A program made the translations under genes and the position numbers. DNA of 64,000 bases, taken from Azolla caroliniana. Lineage: Eukaryota; Plantae; Polypodiophyta. The stretch lies in contig JBHGNT010000014.1 of the NCBI GenBank assembly GCA_043228905.1, positions 12,338,001 through 12,402,000 of the forward strand, read 5' to 3'. The notes beneath the pieces are model-generated. The model was not told where the DNA came from, ran no database searches, and saw only the letters and a list, made by a program, of their open reading frames with translations. The first letter of the stretch is position 1. The number at the start of each line of letters is the position of its first letter. Shown here piece after piece: positions 48,973 through 62,486 of this stretch.

Positions 48973-51900
48973 TATGTCCATTTTATTACGCAAGTCAATT
49001 TATTTATTAGGTTCAAGCGAATGCATCCAAATATCAAAGTTCAACTACGAACATTCGAGTCTCTTAAGCCACACTTTGTGAGACGCTTGAAGGATCGATA
49101 CACATGTTGTTGCATTTACCATGTACAAATGGGTTTTCTCAAGGACTCTGTTAATCTACTACGTCACCATAGCGCCTCCCTAACTAATACAGTTTGCACT
49201 TGTGAGTGCCCAATTTGTCGATCGAGCCCGCAAGAGCACTGTAAATCATTTGAGCATGTTATCTCTTCCATGAGTTGTCTTTTAGATTCAGTATTGTGTC
49301 CGAGAGAAACTTAGGCCATCTTTCACAGTCATAAATGTGTCATAGGTTTATGTCAAGATTGTGGCCCTAGTAGATTTAGGTGGTTCCCAAATCAATTGAA
49401 TAGTGAAATATTAATCTCTGTCAAGTTATTGGAGTCAGTTGACACCAATTTCGAAGGAAAGGTGTGTAAAAGAAAGGATTTAGTTAGGAAGTCGCTTAAA
49501 CCAAGGGATTTGGCGTCTCTATTTGTAGTATCCCTTGGAAAGTTCATTAAACACAACTTCATTTATTCATAGCAAGCCCATCAATTTAAGACTTGCATAT
49601 CTGATTTTCCAAATGATGTAGTAGTCTCAATAGTAGATTTCGTAGAGAATTATACTTTCAAGCAGCTAAATGAAATTCAATCTATACATTGGTGTTCAAC
49701 GCAAGTAACCATTTTTGTGCAGATAACATATTTTCGAGTTTTTGGTGATGTTAAAAAAGTAAATTCGTTTTTTTATTTCTGATGATAAGAAACATGATAC
49801 CTTGTCCATCCAACATTGTTTTAACTTACATTGGCAATGGTTATTAGCTAAACGTTTGGAGCTTACTCAACATTGGGTCTAGTCTGTTGGAGCTGCGTCA
49901 CAATTTCAAGGCTAGAGGTCCATTTTATTTTGTGGGGAGATATCCTGCTATAACAGGTTTGGAGATGAGATGGATTTTTTTGAGTTTGACCATGGTAAAG
50001 GTGAACATGATGGTGCAGGTGTTGTTATAAAGCGGGCACTTACCCATTAACAACTAAAGGCAGATGGTGTGCAGATGAATTGTGCAGCACATGTAGTTGA
50101 ATTTTTAAGAGCTAATATGTCAACGACTGCAACTTGTGTTTATTCCTTGCAGGTCCAAGATATCAAACGTGAATTTTGGGAAGTGAAGATAGATGAAGTA
50201 AATAGGGAGAAGACCTGGGAGTGCCAAGGAAATCCCGAATTGCAATCTCTCCATGTTGTTCGCAGTTATTCTAGGTTGGATGGTCATTGTATTGTGGTTA
50301 GAGAATTAACTTGTTTTTGTTTCCAATGTGTGTAGGGAAATTGGAGGTATTGTTTAAACAAAGCATATATTCAGAATTGGGAGTATCATACATTGAATGA
50401 TAAGGAAGCAGTTGATGGAGAAACAAAAAAGAATGCTAACTTCGCATATCAAGGACGTGGAGATACTCTGAGTGATGTCTTGAATGTTGGGGATAATTTC
50501 ATTGTAAATGTAGAAGAAGGAAATTCAAAGGGTGCCTACTTCTATATATTGAAGTGCACGATTAGTAAACAGTGTGCAACGCAGAATATATTAGATGCTT
50601 GGGGAAATGTTGTATCTACCGGGACATTCTACATCGAAGGTATTTTTTATGCAAGACTAGATGATTACGATTATGTGTATTGGCTATTAGAAGACAAACC
50701 AATGGCATACATGTACTCTCATTTGGTCAGGTGCATCACCCAATGTTGCAATACAATAGCTGCTCAGGTTTATACACAGTTAGTGCTAATGTGTATGAAT
50801 GTATTTACAACAGTATGCCATGGAATTTGTAGCTACAAGTAGCAATTGCCAGTTTTTTTGTAAAACAAACAAAGCACATGTATTGCAAATAAACAGTTTA
50901 ATGGACCTGTTTGGGAGTTTCTTTTTTTATATACAGTCTGCTTTTTGTGCTTCTTTCTCAATAAAATCGTGTGTCTTTTTCATATACAGTCTTCTTTCTT
51001 AAAAACCAGTTTAATAATATCGTTTAGGATTCTTCTTTCTGAGATACAGATTTACTCAAGTGAACCATGTACAAGTTTAAATAGTTTACATAATTTTAAG
51101 AAAAAAGCACTATCATGAAATCAGCAATCCTAAACATTCTCTTAAAATTACACAGTAGATAAGTTACTCAAAACAAGCAATTTAATTCTTCATTGATTAA
51201 TCTGTCATCAAATTACATATTTATAACATCCCATTGCCAATGTCTTCAAATCGCCTATAAATGGCTAAGCTCTTGCTGGTCAATGGAACTTCTCTACATA
51301 TATGATCTGCATACCGAGCTCGGTATGGAGTCCACAACCATGCAGTTAGTTGCCAGCTCACTGTTTTCACCAAGTAGTGTTCATGCATTTCATCGAGTAG
51401 AATGAGACAACATTTGCGAATGTTGAAGTAATGCCGAAAATGTTCTGTATCTAGAATCAACGTATTGTGAGCATTATAATCTAGCCAAGTGGCCCAAAAA
51501 TCAGAAAATCTTTTGAATCTTGGAACATCCTTCTACTCACAATTCTCTCATGTCCATTGACCCTTGAAATGTTGTCACCACTTTGGGAAGAATCTTTCTA
51601 CACACTTCCACACATCTGTACATGGTTTTTCACTCCAAATAAACAAATCAAAGTATTGCACAACCCACTCCAGAAATTGATTTGCGTCCCTCCTTGGTGT
51701 CATATATCGCACACTCATCAGGACTTTATCAAGCTCCAAGATCAAGGCTCTTCTTTCGACTTCTAATGGTTTAGGTTTCCATTCCTGTAACTAAGCCTCT
51801 ATTACACCAATTACTAGTAGCACACGATCAATTTCAATCAACTCAGGTTCTATCCGCACAATTGGTGTCCTTTTCCTCTTCAAACCCCTGGTTGACTATG

Positions 51901-52439
51901 TTGGGCCTGGCTTCACATTCTTGTGCTCTTGTGTTGTCGACCTAGTCATTGGCTTGGTGCATGTAGATATTGATCTGGTCGATATTAGCCCACTAGTATC
52001 ACATGTTGCATCTACCTACAACATCAAATCATCTATGCAACATGCTTGATCAACTTGCGTGACTAGATCATTTGTGTCAGTTGCTACATCTACTTTCAAG
52101 ATGTGGCCCTCTAAACACGCAACAACATCAACAGTTTCCACACTGCCATCGGCTTTAAGAGCAATAGATTCAAACCCTTTAAACTCTACAACATCAAAAA
52201 ACACCAACATATTCACACTCACAAAGTAACAAACAATCTCACAAAACAACATAATGAACATGAAATATTTTCCATCTTAGAACAACATGAGCATAATTAT
52301 CTTGGAGAAACATCATAGAGTTCCATTACATAATGTGGATCAAGCAACAACCAATCTGAGGTTTTACTTGTCCAAATAGATCATTGTAAAACTTCATAAA
52401 ACCCTAGGATAATCGCTAACAATCATATCCCACTAATAA

Positions 52440-54830
52440 GTATTTCGCTCCAATTCAAGAGCCCCTTGACCGAGTAACTATTCTTGTCCCCAATCGTGCC
52501 CCTTCTTCAGCCTTTTTCTAGCTCGTTGCCCATTTAGCAAGTTGTTCGGCTACACTGGTACGGTACAGCAACCCCCTATCCTTTGTGCCGCTTACATATC
52601 ACAGGATTCTGTGCACGCACTGAAGTTGCTCCACGGTCGGATGCGCCATAAATTGACTGATCAATACGACCAGATAATTGAGGTCCGGTCGAAGATAGAT
52701 AAGGCTTATGACTATCTGTCGAAACCTTTTCGGGTCCCATGTCGTTCCGGAGTCATGGCGAAGCTTCACATTCTAGTCCAGAGGGGTTGGGACGGATTTG
52801 CAATCCATCATACCAAATTCAAGAGCATACTCGGTACATAATGTCGTTGACTGATCAGTATGCCCTCTGGGGTGCGGATCACTTCGATCCCGAGGAAGTA
52901 ATGAAGGTCCCCAATATCCTTCATTTCGAACAATGCCGCATGTTGGGACTTGATGCGGCTGATTTCATCCAAGTCGGCGCCGGCGATGACCAAATCATCA
53001 ACATAAAGTAAAATACTAACTGACTCATTCCGACCTTGCCGAATGTAGAGAGAAGAGTCTGATTTCGACGAAGAAAACCCCATCCGACACGGTCTCTACA
53101 TGATCTTCGTGTTCCATGTATGCAAGGCTTGCTTGAGTCCGTAGAGGGACTTCTTCAATCGGCACACTGCCGATGTATTAATGTCGAACTGAAATCCGGG
53201 GGGTTAAACCATATACACCTATTCCTGAAGATCGCCTTGCAGGAACATGTTCTTTACATCCATCTAATGTAGATGTTGCCCCTTCGCTGCTACCACCGCA
53301 AGCAAGACACAAACGGTCGTCATCTTTGCGACCTGCACGAACGTCTCATCGTAGTTGATGTCGTGTTGTTGCGCGTAGCCCTTTGCCACTAATCGGGCCT
53401 TGTACCAACTCGGACTTCTCTTCCGAAGGTCCATCTTCGATCTGTCCAACTCATCAAATTCGGCTCACTCAAATTTGTTTTGTTCGGGGGTTATAGCACT
53501 TATAACCCTTTTGCTCATATGAGTAGCCGACAAGGATGCACTTCTCCGACTTCAAGTCCAGATTTCTCTACTTCTCATCCAGCACATGCACATATGCAAT
53601 GCTACTGAATATCTTAAGGTGCCTTAAATTCAGCTTCCGCCCGAAGTACAACTCATGGGTTGACACATTATCCCCGATCTGGTTTTGGATGTAGACAATC
53701 GTCTTGACCGCTTCGGCCTAATAGAACTTGGGCATGCTCTTCTCTTACAGCATTGTTTGTGTTGCGCCGACGATCGACCGGTTCTTCCTTTTGGCCACAC
53801 CGTTTTGTTCTGGTGTGTAGCGGTAGCTGAATTCTCTCTTAATTCCTTTCTGCCACAGATAACTATTGCATTGGCCGGAAAAATATTATTTTCTGCCAAT
53901 CGACCATAGGCACTTGATCTTCCTCTCCATTTCCCGTTCCATGAGACTTTGCAGGTTTCAGAAACAGTCAAAGACATCAATTTTCTTCTTGATGAGGTAG
54001 ATCCATGTGTGCCGGCTATAGTCATCGATGAAGGAGATGAAATATCGACTCCCGCCAAGACTAACGTTCTCTGTCGGTCCCCGTACATCCGAATATATTA
54101 GATTGAGGTTGTAGAGGCTCCGGTTTCTTTCGGTGGGGAACGGAAGCTAGTGTTGCTTCCTGAGCTGGCAGGCTTCACAAATTTGGGCCTTCCGGCCACT
54201 AAATTTTGGCAATCCGAAAACAACTTGTTTCGATTGCAGGTCTAGAAGCCTCTTGTAGTTGATGTGGCTGATCCGCTTGTGCCACAAGTCGATATCTGAC
54301 TCGACTTTCTATCCTTTTGCGAACATAGCGGAGCCAACGTCATTGGTGTTGAGGATGAACATCCTCTTGTCCCTGCGCCCTTGCGCGATTACCAAGCCTT
54401 CTTCCTCTATGAAGCACCCAAGGTGCATGAACCGCACCGGCATCCCCAAGTCAACAATCTGTTCAACCAACACTAGGTTCTTTGTTATTTTCGGAACATA
54501 TAGTACGTGCATTAGCTTTCCATTTTGTTCAACATGGCTTAAAGGGACTTCCCCGACATACACAATCGAGTGAGGAGTGTCATCTCCAGTTTTAACATTC
54601 CTTGTTGTTCTGGTTTTCCAAAAATGAGAACCACTCTTCATGGCTCGTCATGTGGTTTGATGCTCCAAAGTCAACGTACCACACTTCCTCCGATCCGGAA
54701 GTTGTCTTCTTCATCGAGTTCGTCGTGTGCTTCATCACAAAGGTTGGCCCTTTTCCGGTCTTTTCGGTTCCGGATCCTTCCGATTCATCTGTGTAGTGCG
54801 AGCTTTGTCGGTTCCCTTGTCCGCTCAACA
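52440..54830 (-). mobile_element. Multiply deleted Copia element H (E/F/G family)
   Basis: PR (WYVDFGASNHM), INT and RT (YVDD) relics. LTR tip TGTTGAGCGGACAAG at the right end is fused to the gag C-terminus. Confidence 0.8.
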
Positions 54831-54839
54831 CCTTTCAAC

Positions 54840-56430
54840 ATCACCAATACTGCTAAAGTTTACTTAAGAACTCCATCTCGCATCATCACAACTAGGCCCT
54901 TAGATTCAAGAGCCCCCAAGGAGATGAGATTCTTACTCAACTTTGGCACGTACCGCACATCCCTCAAAATTCTTGTGGTTCCGTCATGGTCCAACAGCTT
55001 GATTGAACCTATCCCGGCTATTTTACATGGATGATCATTACCCATGTAAACAACCCCACCATCGACTTCTTGAAATTCAAAAAACCACTCTCGAATAGGA
55101 CACGTATGATAGGTACAACCTGAATCCAAAATCCGCTCATTTGGATGTGTTGACACTGAAGGCATAATCACTAAGGAAATATCAGATTCTGCATCACTGT
55201 AGTCTGCAACATTTGCATCTTGTGGACGCTTTCCTTTCCTCTTCAACTTCAGACAGTCTTTCTTCCAATGCCCTTTCTCATGACAGAAAGCACATTCATC
55301 TTTGGCAATGCCTCGACCTTTTGATTTGGACCTTCTTCTTCTCCCCTTTGTATGGCTTTGTTGATGGCCTCTTGCCACCAATGCTTCTTCTGATGTCGTT
55401 GATTTGGTTATCATCTTATCCTACTTTCTCAATTCATAACAATATAAAGCAGAACAAACAACATCTAACGACGCATACTCTTTCCCGTGAAGTAATGTAG
55501 TTTCTAAATGTTCAAACTCATTGGGAAGAGATGATAACAACATCAAAGCTAGATCCTCATCCTCAAATTTAACATCTAAACTCAATAGGTCTGCTACCAA
55601 TTGACTAAACATGGTGATGTGATCATTCATAGTAGTACTTGGTCTATAGTCAAATCGAAATAACCTCTTCTTCATTAGGATCTTATTTTGACCAATTTTT
55701 TCAGAAATTTGCCCTGCAATGCCTTCCATAATTTGTGTGCAGAAGTCTCATTCTTGAAAGCATATTTCTGCTCTCTAGACAGGCATGATCGAATTGTTCC
55801 GCATGCCAACCAGTTAATGACGATCCAATCTTTATTGTCTACCTCTTCTTGTTTATCTTCTTCAATGGCAATATCAAGACCTTGTAGAAAAAGAGAATCT
55901 AAAACCTCTCCTTGCCACATGCCGAAATGGCCGGTACCATCAAATATTTCTACAGCGAACTCGATGTTCCCAGTGGAATCTTTGAGACTGTATTCTTTCC
56001 TTTTTCATCTCTTGATGCCATTATAAACTTAATAAACAGTGTTCAATATTATAGCTAACAACAACCCTATGTTTCAAAAGGACCAAAGCAAATATTTTCT
56101 GATGTGGAAGATCAGACAAAGCTGCAACCATAGAGCATACTCAGACAAAACCTGGCTCTGATACCAATTGTTGTGGAAGCGTGGAAATAACAATATATAA
56201 CCAGAAGTAAAACTATTATATAGAGTAAGAAGAAAATATCAAATAACACCAGAATTACCGAGGTTTGGCCAATCAGCCTACATCCTCCAAAGCAGCATGC
56301 TCTATTACGATTTGGGAGAGAAGAATACAGATTGAGAATATCAAACTACGAGGTAGAGGAGCCTATTTATAACTCCCAAACCATCTCCCTCAACTATGTG
56401 GGATAAATAATGGGCCAAAAAGCTAAAAGA
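54840..56430 (-). mobile_element. 5' part of a Tnt1/Tork-like Copia element (LTR, PBS, gag, PR)
   Basis: PBS 56155-56166, VEIFDGTGHFGMWQGEVLD, CAFCHEKGHWKKDC, ILDSGCTYH, VRYVPKLSKNLISLG. Confidence 0.8.
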
Positions 56431-56439
56431 GGGTATGTC

Positions 56440-57859
56440 GTCACTATCGGATTCACTTTGATCCAACACCTCTGTATTGTTGCTGGATTGAAGCATTTTT
56501 TGCATCCCTTTATCACAGTCAATTCCTCTTCACTCATCGGCTAGTCATATGTTGGCTCAACTCTTCTTGCGGCCTACGTAGTTGAAGTGACATCAGACAT
56601 TCTTCCTGTGGTCCAAGGTTCACCTCAAAATAGTCAGCTATATTGTCCTCATCATCAGAATTTGGTTGAGTGCACAGGAGGGCCACCAATCGGAGTTGAG
56701 TACCATGAGGCTTCTTCGTAAAAAACAACATCGCTACTCACACGTACCTCTCGGGTTTGGGGGTTGTTGCACTTACACCCCTTCTGTGCATGTGAGTAGA
56801 CGATTAGTATGCACTTTTTGTCTTTTGCGTTGAGTTTCTTTCTTTTCTCTTTTGGCACATGCACGTATACAATGTTGACGAAGACCCTTATGTGTGTCAT
56901 ATTCGGCTTGCACCCAAATTACAGTTCATGTGGAGTCACTTGTGCACTCCCCCAGCCAATGTCCGTCAGCAAATAAACCGCAGTGCTAATCACTTCGGCC
57001 CAATGGTTTTTCAGCATATACTTTTCTTCAAGCATTGTTCGTCCCGCTTCAGCTATAGTACGGTTCTTCCTCTCAGCCACACCATTCTATTGTGGTGTAT
57101 ACTTGCACGAGAATTCCCTTTTGTTGGCCACTGGTTTCGGCTTTGTCTGATGTTATTGAGCTCCTACCTAAGTTGTAGTTACCTGGTCGTAGTGCCGATG
57201 GCAAAAATCTTCTTCAGATTTTCCCAAGCTGCTTTTGGTGTCTTTGAATCTCTGATGTAGCCCAACATGTGATCATGCACAAAGGATGCAAGGCAGTAAA
57301 GCACTCTACTTGCTGCTTGTTCCCAAGCCGGGAAGTCCTCGTGTGTTGCCTCTAGTGCTACTTCATTCACTCCTTCATTATAACTCCAATATCCATGCCC
57401 GAGCAAATACTGGTGCATCTTGTGTGCATCTTGTATTGCCAAGATGCGTAGTTGCAACACTCCAACTTCTTAGTCGGTGGTGTGCTTCCCATGTTCCTCT
57501 CCATCTTCTTGTTGTTGGTCGTTTACTTGTTTTTTTTGTGTCTAACAAAGTTGGTTGCAGAGGATCAGACTTTACCCTCACGATCTGATATCATCTAAAG
57601 AATGCGGAAGTCATGATACACAATTGGCCTTAATTGAAGAGAACCACAACAATGGAAAACCAAAGATGGAAAGAGCAAACACAAAGATGGTGACTTAGAG
57701 AGAGAGAGAGAGAGAACACCAAAGACAAGAACTGTATTACCAAAAGTTAATCCGTCAGTTACACATTGCTCTTTGAGCATATTATATACTTAACCTAAAA
57801 TACCCTAATAAGATAGTGGGCTTTCGTATGTACAAGGGGTTGAGCTTGCTATCTCAACA
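56440..57859 (-). mobile_element. Deleted Copia remnant with LTR ~57594-57859
   Basis: Gag (KMHQYLLGHGYWSY) fused to the integrase C-terminal part. Decayed PBS at ~57584. Confidence 0.75.
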
Positions 57860-59770
57860 ATGTAGTGATCACTATCGACTAGAAAAAGCACAAATGTTAT
57901 CCACATGAGTAGATATGTATACATATTGACTAGAAAAAAGCCAAGTAGCTTTAAAGTGACAGATATACTTATTGTTTGAATTGTAGGATAGATATATATC
58001 GAGAAGAAAAGTAGACTCCCTTAAAAAAAACAAGTCATATATAGAGAAAAAAAATCACTCCATATATGTAAATATTGGGAGCCATATATTTAAAGTATGA
58101 TGTTGTTATCTCTTGGATATCCCACCGAAAAACCATAGCTTATTAGTTCCTAATACGCGAGGTAGTTCTCATCAAACATAGCTTGATGCGAAAAACTAAC
58201 CAAATTGTTCGAGGTGCTAAAAAATATGGATGCAAAACGCAACAAGTTTAGAGCACAAAGAACACACATAGAATTATAAGATAGTTGTAACACAATCAAA
58301 GAGAATATATGATGAGAAAGAAGGGAAGAGATTTCTTTTTATAAATACGTTCATGCTCCATTTGTTCTCAGATCGAGAGGTTGTGCCTCGTTTGATGCTC
58401 TAGGGATCACCGAAAAACAAGTGAAAACGTGAAAAAAATTAGAATGCACCAACATCAACTATTAGAGTCAAACTAATTAGTTAAACACAAAATAAGGACT
58501 TAAAGAAAGGCAATAGGCATGCCAAACCACCCGGCCACCCCATAGCGACCACATGATACAAACCTGAACCTCCTCGATGCCCTATACCATCGAGGGTTGA
58601 TGTGAGTCATACCTTGGTTCCTACGAGGATCACACATGCTTTGCTAACATGAGCCATAGCCACATTGTCATAGTCTCAACATAAGTTAAGCCTCTCGTGA
58701 TAAGAAGGTTGCTAGTCTCCTTATATGTGCAAAAACCCTAGGCCCTAGTGTTCACACTTGACTACTTTACATGCTGAGGCCCTAGTGTTCCCACATAGTA
58801 GAATTGAATATTACCATTTACACCCTCATTTCTTTTACAATTAACCTACAAATACTCATAATAATATTAAGGAAAACTACAAAAAACCTATCTTATGATT
58901 AGTTATCATTATGCTCGTCACAATAACCAACCCAATTTCGGAAAGCAAAATATATCCACCAATGTTGTAGTTGCCAATACGGTATTCAACAATTTGTTTT
59001 GTTTTTGTTCATTCATGACTTCATTGTAGTCTCACAGGCATCCCATGCATTGGTCATGCAAATAGTTGTAATAAGGGCATGGTATAATTTCTAATGAACT
59101 GACTGTAATCTTTGCCCCAACATGAGTTAGATTCAACCTATCTCCCTCCTTGTCAAAATATTATATAAACAAACACCTAACTAAACAAGTCCTTGCAAAT
59201 ATTTCTATCCATACAACAAATAGCAAGCTATGCCTTTTCGTACATTTACTAGCTCATCTTCAATTTCATATGAAAGAAGGGGGGGGGGGGAATCCTCACA
59301 TATAAATAAACCTAGTAGCTTGTTTCAAACTCACTCATAAATCTTTCACTAACATTTCCAAAGAATTGCATTCACTCACAAATCTTTCACTTTATATTCA
59401 CTGATTAGCAATTCAAAGAGCAGCATGGTATACCTTATTATTTACATGTCTAGAACATTTCATTGGCATACCATTTGTATTTGGATATCAAAGCTCCAAC
59501 TTCAACAGTATCTCAAGGAATGAATTTAAAAACATCAAATCAACACAAATGCAGTTACGCATCATCTTGTTGACATACCATCCATTCATTTCTGGCATTG
59601 AGTAGAATGAACGCTCATTTCTCAAAAGATGAATTTATACTAGAGATTTAACATCACCCATAAATAATGAGCATGGTGAAGATTTTAAAATGAATTCTCA
59701 GAGGGAGGAATTCTCAAAATGAATATCCAGGATATATTTGAATTGTCCAGACCCTGGACTATTAAATTAT

Positions 59771-60099
59771 TTATGATCTCATTCTTGCTGTGATCCACTG
59801 GTTCAAATCTGCAAGTTCGTCAGGGCTGATGTTATGCTGTAATCCAGGATATGCCTACAACAGAGAAAAATAAGGTTTAACATGGAAACACCAATGCAAA
59901 GGAATGTAGAAACAAGTTTACAAAAAAGTTTTAATTAACTAGATCCGCAAAACACTGCTTCTATTTTCAAAATCCAGTAACACCCAATGTAAAGACATGT
60001 AAGGACAAGGGGAAACTCACAAAACACTTATTTTGACTTGTCAAGTTTCCCATTCTATTATCGTCTTCAGAGGTCAAATATGACATATGAGACAATAAT

Positions 60100-60164
<65 letters not shown>

Positions 60165-61929
60165 CCATCCCATCCCATTGTCTGCCATTTGAACCCTTGC
60201 TTCCATGCAACTTAGCTCAAACACACTGCAATGTGAGACGGGACGTTGGAGCACAAGTGATGAGAGTAGCCGACTCTTCACATTTGAACCCTTGCTTCCA
60301 TGCAACTTAGCTCAAACACTGCGATGTGAGACGGGACGTTGGAGCACAAGTGATGAGAGTAGCCGACTCTTCACACTTTGCCCGAAACAAGTTTGGGAGT
60401 CTAAGTATCATACTTTGATACAACGTTTTGCCTTTGATCACATTCAACTATACTTTCCACACATCTTCAACCAAACCCAATCATTGCACGAATTTCTCTC
60501 ACAGTCACAATGTGCACTCTCGATTGCAACATTCATTGGTAAAATTCATCAAAACATAGGAGTGTTTTGGTAAAATTCATGAAAACACAGGGAAATGCAT
60601 ACAACATACAAGACATTGGAAGTGATCATCACCTTGAATTCACAATGAATTCCATGATTGGAAAGCAATGGTGGAGCTACTTGCCCGGCTTTGAAATGAA
60701 CCACTGGATCATCTATACCATGTAGCCAAAGTAATGGTGTCTGTGGTAAAAAATCATATGATATATATTCAAAGTTAAAATCAATTTTGGAAGAATGATA
60801 AAACAGATAATAGTTGCACTTCTAAAAAGAAAAACTGATAATTACCATAACTTCATATCTGTTTTCAGGTGTAATCATCATCTCACACATTATACATCAT
60901 TGTTTATGTGTGTAATTTCACTTTACAACTTGTGGCTTCTTAACAAAATTGCACATTTTGATAACACAAGAAACAGTGGATAATAGAACTTCTTGCTGAT
61001 TGTCAACGTTACCTGTTTTCCTTCTTTATTCCCTCTTTCGAGAAAAGTTGCATTGAAAGGAACCCATCCACTAAAAATTGCTGCTCCTGCCAACCTTCTA
61101 GAATAAGACAATGCACTTGCTAGAGTTAATGCACCTGATTCATAACAGGAGCACAATTCTCATTAAATTAGCATTACTTGAAAACAGGCAAAACAACAAA
61201 TTAACCTAAACTTGTTGGGCATGCATTAGAATATCATAAGTTTCAAAATGTACAAGTAGCACAAATATAATGCCGCAAAAGTGGGTTCACTAAGGCATTT
61301 ATATATAGAACATGTTATTCGGAGAAAAAAGAGCACAAAAATATCCTCCACTTTTCAGCAACTTACTGCAATACCTCTACACTGCTTTCAATTACAAGAA
61401 TACCTCTGACTTATTTTGAACCTACCAAAGTCCAACTATTTAATTAAATCAGATCACCCGTAATGAGGCTTGTGATAGTGATTAGTTATGGTTAATTAGG
61501 AAATCATAAGCCATGTAATAACATATTATTGCTTTGGTAAAATCTAAAAGACCTAGGGGTATTCTGGTTATTTAAAAAACATGAAGAGGGATTCTCATAT
61601 AAGTTAAAAATTTAGGGGTATTTCAGTGCTTTGCACTGTTAGTAGAAAAACTTGCCTCCTTGGCTAAAGCCACACAGAAAGATTTTATCAGCACTGATGC
61701 CAGTGTTAACTTGTTTGTCGAGCATTTCATGAATTTTTTTTACAGCAACTAATAAATCTTCCTCATTGTTGGGAGAATCCTGAGACAAATATGTGTGTTA
61801 ATAATTTCTATACTGTAAATTATGCTCACCGGAGAAAAGAATTCCAGCAAAGCTGCACCTTTTACTGAGTACTTACAGCTTTGATCGGTATTTCTGGTAT
61901 ATCAAACCATGATGGCATAATTGCTCCAT
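59771..61929 (-). CDS. Alpha/beta-hydrolase, phospholipase/carboxylesterase (acyl-protein thioesterase / SOBER1-like), last five exons: 61877-61929, 61656-61779, 61013-61134, 60633-60740, 59771-59854
   Basis: Exons splice in frame to GAIMPSWFDIPEIPIKA-DSPNNEED...FLCGFSQGG-ALTLAS...FSGWVP...TPLLWLHGIDDPVV...AYPGLQHNIS...RS*. The Ser-Asp-His triad is intact. The 5' exons were not found and probably lie beyond the window. Confidence 0.92.
60103..60159. repeat. (CT)n microsatellite in intron
   Basis: Direct reading. Confidence 0.95.
60185..60545 (+). mobile_element. LINE ORF2 3'-end relic in the last intron, with ~94-bp tandem duplication
   Basis: TLRCETGRW..SRLFTLCPKQVWESKYHTLI resembles the C-terminal Cys/His region of LINE ORF2. 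CATTTGAACCCTTGCTTCC occurs at ~60186 and 60281. Confidence 0.55.
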
Positions 61930-62486
61930 CTGCAGTGAAATATTATAAAACAATTCAACATAATTCAACACGATGTTAGTTACAAAAGTCATGAATAGAT
62001 ACATTCAAATACTAGTCTTTCAAAACTTCTGGAAAATCAATTTATACAGTGGTGTTCTTTTATATGAGACAATCTACCTATGTCATCAGCAATGTGTAGT
62101 GGATGTGAATTAAAAGACTTTCAGCATGGGCAGTAGCAAATATAATACAAGCTTCTCCATCTTATCACATTTCTCAGTTAGAGGAATAGAAAAAGAAAAA
62201 TAATCAATGATGGCATAGTTCCTAGGGAAAAACTCTGAAATGCCCCTCCCTTTTTTTCCCAAACACTCTTGAGGTTTGTGTTATTTCTCCAAATACCCCA
62301 TTGAACCTCTGAAATAGAGAGAGGCCTGTAACTGCTGAAATAGCACATAAAGATGCCAAAGAGGTGAGTTACCAGAGGGATTTATGTCAATAAAGAAAAG
62401 GTTGGGTAATTTGGGGATTTCCCCTAATTTCTATAATTCCATGAACATATGCCTCAGAGAGAGAAATAACCTGACACTCAGCAGCT

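Larger units (their letters stand above)
45185..50830 (+). mobile_element. Degenerate DDE DNA transposon, Sola2-like transposase pseudogene
   Basis: Motifs TCCCIYH, VDFVENYTF..NEIQSIHW..QVT (~49633-49710), ISDDKKHD, decayed WSDG..SQF, HGKGEHDGAG..IKR (49991-50035). Subterminal repeats are present. The right terminus was not found. Confidence 0.6.

Noticed and set aside
50830-52440. Second transposon ORF or right terminal repeat
   Set aside because: No convincing motif and no inverted copy of the 45185 terminus was found by eye.
57860-59770. Gene or element in the AT-rich spacer
   Set aside because: No ORF or terminal structure I can support. Probably 3' UTR plus decayed repeats.
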